Below the pieces are notes generated by a model. The model did no database searches and was not told where the DNA came from. It saw nothing but the letters and a program-made list of their open reading frames with translations. A stretch of DNA of 40,275 nt from positions 1 through 40,275 of IMG/VR virus record IMGVR_UViG_3300021344_000003, one strand, 5' to 3'. Source of the stretch: a virus. Lineage: Duplodnaviria > Caudoviricetes. The translations under genes and the position numbers were made by a program. Position 1 is the first letter of the stretch, and every line of letters begins with the position of its first letter. Shown one piece after another: positions 25,029 to 32,352 of the stretch.

Positions 25029-25207
25029 CCGCCGACCTAAGAAGCCGATGTTACCGATGTTACCGATGTTACCGATGTTACCGATGTTACCGATGTTACC
25101 GATGTTACCAAGGCCACATCAACCGCTGGCACGTTACAAAAAATGACGAACATGACGATGTTATTGATGTTGGTAACATCACCAAGGGCAAATACGGCGT
25201 TTGGTAG
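25025..25207 (+). CDS. Small ORF containing (RCY)7 encoded by the 9-bp array
   Basis: GGAGG RBS and ATGA coupling; MTADLRS(RCY)7QGH... Confidence 0.4.
   Translation: MTADLRSRCYRCYRCYRCYRCYRCYRCYQGHINRWHVTKNDEHDDVIDVGNITKGKYGVW
25045..25109. repeat. Tandem repeat 7 x 9 bp CCGATGTTA
   Basis: Seven perfect units; two more in inverted orientation at 22570..22587. Confidence 0.95.
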
Positions 25208-25550
25208 CATCATTTCGATGCTGAACAGCGGCGATTTGGATGTTTGGGTCAAAAGCCCTAGGATAGCTTCCAAAATAGAGAAGCTATGGAAAGCCAAATC
25301 GCATTATGACGACGGCGCATTGGTAACATCATTTATCAGGCCCTATAGCGATTTAGACCTTGCGGCAAGGTTCATAAAAGCGGCGAAGCGAAGAATCATC
25401 AGCCCGGAACAACGTAAGAAGCTTGTGGAGATAGGGCGTACTGGCCGATTCCGCAAGTCCAATACGGCACAGAATGACATCCCAGCGACCGATTCCTTGG
25501 ATACAACCAAAAAAACCGTACCAGAGCGTCCCGGAGGTTTAAATGTCTAA
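25143..25550 (+). CDS. Hypothetical protein; start uncertain
   Basis: 135 aa ORF; KRRIISPEQRKKL basic motif. Confidence 0.55.
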   Translation: MTNMTMLLMLVTSPRANTAFGSIISMLNSGDLDVWVKSPRIASKIEKLWKAKSHYDDGALVTSFIRPYSDLDLAARFIKAAKRRIISPEQRKKLVEIGRTGRFRKSNTAQNDIPATDSLDTTKKTVPERPGGLNV

Positions 25551-25582
25551 AGAAGGCACTTACAGCGGCATCAGCATCTTCA

Positions 25583-25900
25583 ATGACTACAGACGACCTT
25601 TCTAAGCCTGATGGCGATATTGTGAAGTTTGTTCCGAGGTTTTTAGGCGACGCCGATAAAATAACCGAAAGGGGCCAGCGTTATTGTAGAGACTGCAAAT
25701 GGGCGCGGGTGAGCTGGTCCCTTTATATCCTGGGCGGGCTGAACTACAGTTTCGCCGATTGCGCCCATCCGGTTATCTACGAAAAACAAGGCGACCCTTA
25801 TTATCCGGTCAGTGGAAAACGCCGAGCTGGCCATGCAACTTGTGTGTCGATGCGGCAATACGATTGCGGAAAAGAAGGCAAGTACTGGGAGCACAAATGA
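25583..25900 (+). CDS. Cys-rich hypothetical phage protein
   Basis: CRDCKW...C..P...C..MR..DCGKEGKYWE. Confidence 0.7.
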   Translation: MTTDDLSKPDGDIVKFVPRFLGDADKITERGQRYCRDCKWARVSWSLYILGGLNYSFADCAHPVIYEKQGDPYYPVSGKRRAGHATCVSMRQYDCGKEGKYWEHK

Positions 25901-26262
25901 CCAGGAACCATTTTTTTGTCTTAGACAAAGACTTTGATTTCCCCATCATAGCGGGCGGTGAAGAGCGCGTTGTCGTTGTGACCGATTATACCTACCACCC
26001 TGCTAGGCGCCAGACCTGGATTGACCCGCCCGAACCGGCGGAACTGGACGATATCGAATGCCGCTGGGCCGATACCGGCAAGGCCTTGACCTCCGGCGAA
26101 TGGCTCACTTACGGAAAAGAGATCGAAGAGAACTGCTGGAAACGGCTCGAAGAAGAAGCCGAATCAGCCGCCGATGCCGCCATTGACCAGGCTCTAGAAC
26201 AATGGAGGGATGCTCCATCCGTCGTACTCAAAGAATCTAAATACGAGAAAGGAAATCCATGA
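25897..26262 (+). CDS. Hypothetical acidic phage protein
   Basis: Start MTRNHFF by ATGA coupling; YTYHPA...DPPEPAE motif. Confidence 0.7.
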   Translation: MTRNHFFVLDKDFDFPIIAGGEERVVVVTDYTYHPARRQTWIDPPEPAELDDIECRWADTGKALTSGEWLTYGKEIEENCWKRLEEEAESAADAAIDQALEQWRDAPSVVLKESKYEKGNP

Positions 26263-26912
26263 CTACTGAAATTGCTCCGCCTAAGACCCAAGAGACGACC
26301 CAGGACCAATGGTCCGTGATGCGCCAGCAGGCCGATACTTTGGTGAAATCCGGCTTCCTGCCGGTGGCCATCAATACCCCGGAGAAAGCCTTAGCGATTA
26401 TGCAGGCTGGCAAAGAATTAGGTATCCCGACCATGACGGCCTTCCAAACGATCAATATCATCCAAGGCAAAATAGCGATCAGCCCTCAGCTCATGCTGGC
26501 CCTGGCCAGGCGCACCGGCCAAATGGAGAACTTCTCAATCGACAAAAACGATCAGCGGGCCATCGTTAAAGTGAAACGCAAAGGACAAGAAGAAATCACG
26601 ACCACTTTCACTATCGAAATGGCGGCCAGAATGGGTCTGGCGACAAAGGATAATTGGAAGAAGCAGCCTTCGATTATGCTCCAATGGCGGGCCGTGGCGG
26701 AGAATTTTCGATTGACCTTCTGCGACGCCATTGCGGGGATCTATACCTATGACGAGCTGGGCGCCGACATGGATGCCGAAGGCAATTACGTTCAGACTTC
26801 CACGACTCGCGGCCCCGTAGCCATGCCGAAACCATTGCCTCAAGCGTCAGCCGTTGAGACAATAGAAGCAACAGCCGCAATCGAAGCCGTGAAAGAGGAG
26901 AAAAAATCATGA
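26259..26912 (+). CDS. Single-strand annealing recombinase (RecT/Red-beta-like)
   Basis: LVKSGFLP, GKELGIPTMTAFQTINIIQGK, AARMGL..KDNWKKQP..ML.WRA, AIAGIYTYDEL. Confidence 0.85.
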   Translation: MTTEIAPPKTQETTQDQWSVMRQQADTLVKSGFLPVAINTPEKALAIMQAGKELGIPTMTAFQTINIIQGKIAISPQLMLALARRTGQMENFSIDKNDQRAIVKVKRKGQEEITTTFTIEMAARMGLATKDNWKKQPSIMLQWRAVAENFRLTFCDAIAGIYTYDELGADMDAEGNYVQTSTTRGPVAMPKPLPQASAVETIEATAAIEAVKEEKKS

Positions 26913-27268
26913 TGGAATCGACGGATACAACCAACAAATTCGCCGGGGACCTGCCGGACGGACCGGGTATTTTCAAGATTACCGCCATTGAGAAATTCTA
27001 TTCCCCGGCGCAGTTCTGGGTGTTTTCTTTGGAACATCCCGGCGGTGGAGGGAAACAGACCTTCTTCGCTAATATGCTGGGGCCCCTCCTGCGGGTCCTG
27101 GACTGCGAAGAACAGTCGCCGAACGTTTTCCTTTGGGATTCGGAGCTGCAAGTCAACAAACTCTTTAAAGCGACCGTGTCCCATGCCCCAGACAAAAAAG
27201 ATCCCAGCAAAATCCGGCAGCACATGGGAAATTTTGCGAAATATGACAATGAACAAACCCCTTTCTGA
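26909..27268 (+). CDS. Probable ssDNA-binding protein (OB-fold-like)
   Basis: LPDGPGIFKIT start, C-terminal acidic/PF tail (DNEQTPF), directly after the recombinase. Confidence 0.55.
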   Translation: MMESTDTTNKFAGDLPDGPGIFKITAIEKFYSPAQFWVFSLEHPGGGGKQTFFANMLGPLLRVLDCEEQSPNVFLWDSELQVNKLFKATVSHAPDKKDPSKIRQHMGNFAKYDNEQTPF

Positions 27269-27270
27269 GT

Positions 27271-27657
27271 ATGAGTCTTTTTCTTAACTGCAAAACTTGC
27301 GGAGAAAGCTTTAGGGCGGCAACGAAACATACGCTCTATTGTCAAGGAAAATGTCACCCTCGTTCATTAGCGAGGAAGCGAAGTTATAGCAATAGACAAT
27401 ATATAGGCAAACTTAGTGAACTTCGAGTTTCCATTGATCTCGTTGGAAAAGGATATGAAGTTTTTCATTCGCTTATTAGTCTTTGTTCGTGCGATTTCAT
27501 GGTCATTAAATCCAATAAAATTTTACGAGTGGAAGTAAAAACATGGTTACTTAAAAGGCATCCAAACGTAAAATCTGCGTTTGATATTTTAGCTTTGGTT
27601 AATCATCAAGGAGAAATTCGTTATCTCAATGAAAAATATGAACCTATCGAAATCTGA
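27271..27657 (+). CDS. PD-(D/E)XK endonuclease with N-terminal zinc finger
   Basis: CKTC...YC...C; GKLSELRV...GYEVF...CDFMV...RVEVKT; AT-rich. Confidence 0.75.
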   Translation: MSLFLNCKTCGESFRAATKHTLYCQGKCHPRSLARKRSYSNRQYIGKLSELRVSIDLVGKGYEVFHSLISLCSCDFMVIKSNKILRVEVKTWLLKRHPNVKSAFDILALVNHQGEIRYLNEKYEPIEI

Positions 27658-28222
27658 GTTAATTTTTAAGTCTGATACGCATGAATATTTTATTGGAAAG
27701 AAGCGCATTCCTTCTGTGAGTGAAATTTTAAAGAAGGTTGGATTGTCAAAAGATTACTCGCAAATTGATCCTTTTTTTCGAGACAGAGGAATTGCAACAC
27801 ATAAATGTATTGAACTTCATTTAAAAGGAATCCTCGACGAAAAAAGCATTGATCTATCCGTTCTACCTAGCTTCCAAGCCTTCCTTGCCTATTGGAAAGG
27901 CCACTGTGATCCAACACTTTGCACTGAGGGTATTCTGGCTTTTGAAAAGCCCATGGCGGACAAAGCCGGGCTTTTCGCCGGGACTCCCGACCTCGTCACT
28001 GACAGAGCGATTTACGACTGGAAATGCTCCAAAAGCCATGACCACGCCGCTGAACTACAGGGAGCGGCCTATCAGAGTTTAGCCATGGACAACGGCTTTC
28101 CATTCCTCCCATTCATTATCGTGGAACTGCATGACGACGGGACTTTCGCTGAATTCATTTGTCCAGATAACCACAGGCAATGGGAAGCGGTTTTGATGCT
28201 GTACCATTGGCGGATGAGATGA
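27629..28222 (+). CDS. Cas4-like/PD-(D/E)XK exonuclease
   Basis: HEY...IPSVSEIL, RGIATH, FEK, FAGTPDL, IYDWK, LQGAAY. Confidence 0.8.
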   Translation: MKNMNLSKSELIFKSDTHEYFIGKKRIPSVSEILKKVGLSKDYSQIDPFFRDRGIATHKCIELHLKGILDEKSIDLSVLPSFQAFLAYWKGHCDPTLCTEGILAFEKPMADKAGLFAGTPDLVTDRAIYDWKCSKSHDHAAELQGAAYQSLAMDNGFPFLPFIIVELHDDGTFAEFICPDNHRQWEAVLMLYHWRMR

Positions 28223-28530
28223 GTTTTTGGACCGCTTACGGATTGCCGGACCCGGCAACTGAGTTTTTATTTCATCATAATCGGAAATGGAGATTCGACT
28301 ACGCTTGGTTCGTTCATAATGGAATCGCGGTTAAAATTGCGATTGAAATTGATGGAGGAATCTGGACTCATGGAGCCCATGTGCGGGGAAAGCATTATCT
28401 GTCAGACATGACGAAGCTGAATGAAGCCGCCAAACTCGGCTGGCGGGTATTCCGTTTCACGCCGGAACAATTCAAAAAAGGGGTCGTCCAGGCGTTCTTA
28501 TTGGACTTGCCGGACTTTCGGAAAACTTGA
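28219..28530 (+). CDS. DUF559/Vsr-like endonuclease
   Basis: EFLFHHNRKWRFDYAW, IAIEIDGGIW, D..KLNEAAKLGWRVFRFT. Confidence 0.8.
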   Translation: MSFWTAYGLPDPATEFLFHHNRKWRFDYAWFVHNGIAVKIAIEIDGGIWTHGAHVRGKHYLSDMTKLNEAAKLGWRVFRFTPEQFKKGVVQAFLLDLPDFRKT

Positions 28531-28555
28531 AAAAGAACTTGGAGGATTTTCGATT

Positions 28556-28936
28556 ATGAAAAGAGCCTTGTTATTGGTAGTTTGCGTGCCGTTCCTCGGA
28601 TGCCATAAAGACAAAGAAGATCATCCCGCCCCATCTGTGGCCGTTCAGCCTCCGACGACGCCTGTATGCGGGACGTTTTGCTGGTCCAGCAATGGCGGGA
28701 TCGGCCCCAGCAGAAATGACGAAGGCTGGGATATTATCCATCCCGATTTTGACGCGAATAAAGGCGACACCGTCGCGTTTTCATGGAAGAAATGGGACGC
28801 GACCGAATGGGTTCGGCATGACCCGGCGACTTCTCCGCTTAAGATTACGATCAGCGGGAATAAATTCAAACTCTGGAATTACGCTTCTTATCAGATAGAT
28901 TGGGCTTATACGGCGATCATCCATGAGTGTCATTGA
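28556..28936 (+). CDS. Predicted lipoprotein
   Basis: GGAGG RBS; MKRALLLVVCVPFLG|C lipobox followed by a Pro-rich linker. Confidence 0.7.
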   Translation: MKRALLLVVCVPFLGCHKDKEDHPAPSVAVQPPTTPVCGTFCWSSNGGIGPSRNDEGWDIIHPDFDANKGDTVAFSWKKWDATEWVRHDPATSPLKITISGNKFKLWNYASYQIDWAYTAIIHECH

Positions 28937-29174
28937 CATGACTGGAAGGGTTGAAAAAAAGATGAGCGAGATTCCTTTCGTCGCTATTGGAGCCGAAGAA
29001 CTGAAAGGCTCTTTGAAGAAAGGCGACATCATCCGCTGCCCGAAATGCCGGAAGAGACATTTCGTATGCGTCGATAAAAACTCGAAAACCGGAGAAGAAA
29101 GCGACATGGTTCTTTTTTACCATTGCGGAAAGAAACTCTATTTAGCGGGAATTGATGGGAGGTCCATTTTATGA
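28923..29174 (+). CDS. Small zinc-ribbon-like protein
   Basis: CPKC...H; start uncertain. Confidence 0.65.
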   Translation: MSVIDMTGRVEKKMSEIPFVAIGAEELKGSLKKGDIIRCPKCRKRHFVCVDKNSKTGEESDMVLFYHCGKKLYLAGIDGRSIL

Positions 29175-29437
29175 GCCTTAAAGAATTGCTGGCGAGTTGG
29201 CCGGACGCGCCGATCGTTGCTTGCAGAGGATGCGGCAGGAAGATTATCTTCGGCAAACTTCCAGATGGCGTCCTCGTTCCGCTGGACCCCAGCCCGCTGG
29301 TGTACCGATTGGACCGCGAGCTTGATCCGGGGAATCCATGGAAAGCGGTAAAGGCTCCGGGGCACTTTGTTTCGCACTTTAGCATCTGCACGTTTGCATC
29401 GACGTTTTCAGCGGCGAATAAAAAAAGCGAATCTTAA
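29171..29437 (+). CDS. Small zinc-binding phage protein
   Basis: GGAGG RBS; CRGCG..IIF...VPLD...SHFSIC. Confidence 0.75.
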   Translation: MSLKELLASWPDAPIVACRGCGRKIIFGKLPDGVLVPLDPSPLVYRLDRELDPGNPWKAVKAPGHFVSHFSICTFASTFSAANKKSES

Positions 29438-29438
29438 T

Positions 29439-29615
29439 ATGAGATATTTAAATTGGCTGGAAGATTACGAAAAAACCGACCCGGAACCGGCGATTGATTT
29501 CAAACTCCAATCGACCGGAAAATATTTCTGTTCAACGGAAGAAATGCTCTCTCATGCCGCCTGGCACAGGCGCATGACGGATGCCGCGATGAAGGTCAAG
29601 AGTCAACTGGAATAA
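29439..29615 (+). CDS. Hypothetical protein
   Basis: MRYLNWLEDY...; fills the gap in the operon. Confidence 0.55.
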   Translation: MRYLNWLEDYEKTDPEPAIDFKLQSTGKYFCSTEEMLSHAAWHRRMTDAAMKVKSQLE

Positions 29616-29627
29616 AGGAGAAAACCC

Positions 29628-30356
29628 ATGCTGTCATTCCATAGCGACCCTGCTGTTAAAGAAAAATATGTTACCCGCCTTAAGGCCCATGCGAAGGCTG
29701 ATGAATTGATTAAAGGCAAATATTGGGAAAACGGAAAAGGCTGCGCGGTGGGATGTACGATTCACTCTTCCGATCATGCGGCGTACCAAACAGAATTAGG
29801 CATTCCAGAATGGCTGGCCAAGCTTGAAGACGCTATTTTTGAAGGGCTGGATAACGGAGCGGCTAAAACGTTTGCCGTGGATTTTTTAATTGCGATTCCT
29901 GTCGGAATCGATCTTGAGCCTGTGAAATGGAAGTTCTGTGCGTTTGTTTTGAAGGAAAATATCGAGCGTGTCTTGTCCTTGGATATTGACGAGAAATTGA
30001 AACAGCAGGTCATTGGAGCCATAAAAAATTGTTTGGCCTTGCATGAAGATGCTATTCGGACGGGACAATGGAATGAGTCGGCGGCGCGGTCGGCGGCGGA
30101 GTCGGCGGCGCAGTCGGCGGCGCGGTCGGCGGCGGAGTCGGCGACGCGGTCGGCGGCGTGGTCGGCGTGGTCGTCGGCGCGGTCGGCGGAGTCGGCGGCG
30201 TGGTCGGCGGCGCGGTCGGCGCAGTCGGCGGCGTGGTCGTCGGCGGAGTCGGCGGTGTGGTCGTCGGCGGAGTCGGCGGCGTGGTGTGCGGCGTGGTCGG
30301 AAGCCTTCCAAAGATACGCCGATCAACTTTTGAGACTTTTGGCGGAAAGCAAATGA
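29628..30356 (+). CDS. Phage protein with Ala/Ser tetrapeptide repeats
   Basis: AAGGAG RBS; GKGCAVGCTIH...ELGIPEWLAKLEDAIFEGL, then (SAAx)n. Confidence 0.85.
   Translation: MLSFHSDPAVKEKYVTRLKAHAKADELIKGKYWENGKGCAVGCTIHSSDHAAYQTELGIPEWLAKLEDAIFEGLDNGAAKTFAVDFLIAIPVGIDLEPVKWKFCAFVLKENIERVLSLDIDEKLKQQVIGAIKNCLALHEDAIRTGQWNESAARSAAESAAQSAARSAAESATRSAAWSAWSSARSAESAAWSAARSAQSAAWSSAESAVWSSAESAAWCAAWSEAFQRYADQLLRLLAESK
30076..30300 (+). repeat. Degenerate 9/12-bp coding repeat (GTCGGCGGCGNN)
   Basis: Encodes SAAR/SAAE/SAAW/SAAQ units. Confidence 0.9.
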
Positions 30357-30541
30357 TCCATTTCCGGCATGACTGGAAAGTCTTGAGTCAGGATGCCCTG
30401 GGATATTTTGAAAAACAGCCGGGAGAAAACAATGTTCTGGTTGTTCCTGGGACCGTCTTTCAATGCGGCATTTGCTCAAAGTTGATTATTGAGCCCGACA
30501 ACTTGAAATTGCAGCCCGTGGAAGTGGAGCGGATCATTTGA
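30353..30541 (+). CDS. Small hypothetical protein
   Basis: MIHFRHDWK...CGIC; ATGA-coupled. Confidence 0.6.
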   Translation: MIHFRHDWKVLSQDALGYFEKQPGENNVLVVPGTVFQCGICSKLIIEPDNLKLQPVEVERII

Positions 30542-30617
30542 AGATCCTTGCGGCGATCTTGATTTTCGATATCTTTGTATTCCTGGGTTGTTATCTGACA
30601 CGGGATCGGAGCGGGGA

Positions 30618-30818
30618 ATGATCGCGCGAAACGAACGAGCGCAGCTTGACAGTCAAATCGTTATGCGTCTTTCTGAAGCCAGGAATAATCAAGCCGCTCT
30701 GCCGCTTCATTCAGATCAATGGTGGTATTGGCACGGGAAAGTCGAAGCGTATAAGACAATAAGAAATTTGGTATTTGATGTATGGCACAAAGCGCGAGGC
30801 GGCGGGAATGATGGATAG
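30618..30818 (+). CDS. Hypothetical protein
   Basis: MIARNERAQLD...; purine-rich RBS. Confidence 0.55.
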   Translation: MIARNERAQLDSQIVMRLSEARNNQAALPLHSDQWWYWHGKVEAYKTIRNLVFDVWHKARGGGNDG

Positions 30819-30837
30819 TAAACTATAAACCATCAAC

Positions 30838-30966
30838 ATGATGAGATTGGCGGTTATTATCGGCTTGATTTTGTCAGGTTGCGCGGGACAAAAGCGGCAA
30901 GAGAATAAGTGGTCCGTCCCTTACGAATATGGAGCCGGCCGCAAACCCGCGAGCACGGATTTCTAA
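30838..30966 (+). CDS. 42-aa predicted lipoprotein (below cutoff)
   Basis: MMRLAVIIGLILSG|CAGQK; stop overlaps next start (TAATG). Confidence 0.55.
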   Translation: MMRLAVIIGLILSGCAGQKRQENKWSVPYEYGAGRKPASTDF

Positions 30967-31199
30967 TGATCTTTACTGACGATGATTTGAAGCGTTGGAA
31001 AGAGAGCTTTGAAGAGATCGGGCTTCAACATTGCCTCGGGAAAGAGGAGGCCATGGCTCTCCTGGCCCGCCTGCAAGCGGCGGAGAATGTCGTTAAACTC
31101 GGCTGGCACACGGGTACTTGCCTGCAAGAAATCGGGCAACCCTGCGATTGTCCTTACGGGCCGGTTTATGAAACCTGGCGTAAGATGGCGGGAAAATAA
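30966..31199 (+). CDS. Hypothetical phage protein
   Basis: MIFTDDDLKRWKE...ALLARLQAAE...C.C. Confidence 0.65.
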   Translation: MIFTDDDLKRWKESFEEIGLQHCLGKEEAMALLARLQAAENVVKLGWHTGTCLQEIGQPCDCPYGPVYETWRKMAGK

Positions 31200-31203
31200 T
31201 TTT

Positions 31204-31526
31204 GGAATTGCAGAGGGACCGAGGAATTGCCTCCTGGCCGGGCGGTTGGCTACCGTTTCAAGCAGCCCCTGGAATACGGGCAATGCGCTCTGCAATTCCT
31301 TCAATTTTCGGGGTGCGGAGGTACGGTGAGGCGGCGTCTGTGAAGCCCTCTGCCGTTGCGCCAGGACACTGTGAGGGTTGAAGATGGGAAGACCATGCGA
31401 AATGCTTATCCTAGAGGCGCATCTAGCGTAGGCGGCGGGCACGTAGGCTTGCGTGAGGGCCGAATGTCCGGCATGGAGAGGGACAGACAGCGACAAGGTG
31501 GCGGCCGAGTTTACCGTCGCCCCGAA
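31204..31526 (+). ncRNA. Candidate structured RNA(s), two adjacent domains
   Basis: Perfect 12-bp stem 31204-31215/31288-31299 enclosing three hairpins; second stem 31307-31318/31514-31526 enclosing nested helices; GC-rich gap in an otherwise tightly packed operon. Confidence 0.6.
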
Positions 31527-31531
31527 TAAAT

Positions 31532-31840
31532 ATGGACATTCCTAAAATATCCGAATGGCTGGACGCTCAAAGCAAAACACTGGAAGTCTTGGCGGGCTCT
31601 CCCGTGATGGCATCCATCGTATCGGAATCATTTCTTAAAAGCCCGATCTGTATGCTCCAAATCGGGGCGGCAATTCTGATGGATAAGCCGATCGCCTTGA
31701 TCGTTCTGGATGATGTCGCTGTTTCCAGGAAACTGCGCGGCGTGGCGGACCGCGTGATACGGGTTAAGAGTTCTGAGATAGAGCGGGCCGGAAGAGAGTT
31801 GAAAGAGTTCGTGGAGGCTCACAAGGACGCGCGGCCATGA
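31532..31840 (+). CDS. TIR/nucleoside-deoxyribosyltransferase-like protein lacking the catalytic Glu
   Basis: SIVSESFLKSPICMLQIGAAILMDKPIALIV matches the TIR core SxxxxxSxxCxxExxxA...KPI with Q at the E position. Confidence 0.5.
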   Translation: MDIPKISEWLDAQSKTLEVLAGSPVMASIVSESFLKSPICMLQIGAAILMDKPIALIVLDDVAVSRKLRGVADRVIRVKSSEIERAGRELKEFVEAHKDARP

Positions 31841-31883
31841 TTCAATCGCGGATATTTATCGCAAATTAAACAGAGGAGGAACC

Positions 31884-32156
31884 ATGCAAGAAATAGCGAA
31901 TGAATTACAAGATCAATCGAAACCATCAGGAAAGCCGCTTTCGCCTGAAATGAGAACATATCTAGAAAGAGTTTTTACTTATCATGCTCCAAAAGGCGAC
32001 CAACCGATACGATACGAACTATTGAGAGACAATGCAAAGGATTTAGCCATCCTCATTGCCCAGATGTGTCCCGAATCAAGAGAACGGTCTTTGGCTTTTG
32101 CGAAATTGCAGGAATGCGTTATGTTCGCTAACGCCTCTATCGCCATTAATGAGTAA
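31884..32156 (+). CDS. Acb2/Tad1-like helical hairpin protein (candidate anti-defence nucleotide sponge)
   Basis: GAGGAG RBS; FTYHAP..DQ..RYE.LR..AK.LA..I...CPESRERSLA..KLQE..MFANASIA. Confidence 0.6.
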   Translation: MQEIANELQDQSKPSGKPLSPEMRTYLERVFTYHAPKGDQPIRYELLRDNAKDLAILIAQMCPESRERSLAFAKLQECVMFANASIAINE

Positions 32157-32350
32157 TGAACCAAAAATTCTATGACGGCCGGCTCTTAGGCGGGACGCTG
32201 GTTTTCGCCCTGTTCGTTTACTGGCTGATTCTTTCCGGCTGTCGCCCTTATCGGCCATGCCGTCTGCCGACCGGCGAGCGCATCACGCGGGCGGATGCGG
32301 AGATATTGAGGAATCAGGGAGTCACCGTGATTTGTTCTGAGGATGAATAG
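32156..32350 (+). CDS. Predicted small lipoprotein/membrane protein
   Basis: Hydrophobic stretch ending LILSG|C. Confidence 0.6.
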   Translation: MNQKFYDGRLLGGTLVFALFVYWLILSGCRPYRPCRLPTGERITRADAEILRNQGVTVICSEDE

Positions 32351-32352
32351 CC

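Noticed and set aside
24357-25109. Tandem arrays as a mini-CRISPR
   Set aside because: Units are head-to-tail with no unique spacers, are 9-18 bp long, and there are no cas genes apart from a Cas4-like exonuclease typical of phage recombination modules.
29886-30479. Arg-rich and Gly/Val-rich ORFs (29886..30479 minus, 30043..30333, 5' part of 30158..30541)
   Set aside because: Alternative-frame readings of the SAAx repeat inside the RBS-supported 29628..30356 gene.
31204-31299. Cloverleaf as a tRNA gene
   Set aside because: 12-bp closing stem, no TTCRA T-loop, no 7-nt anticodon loop, no CCA; kept as an unknown ncRNA.
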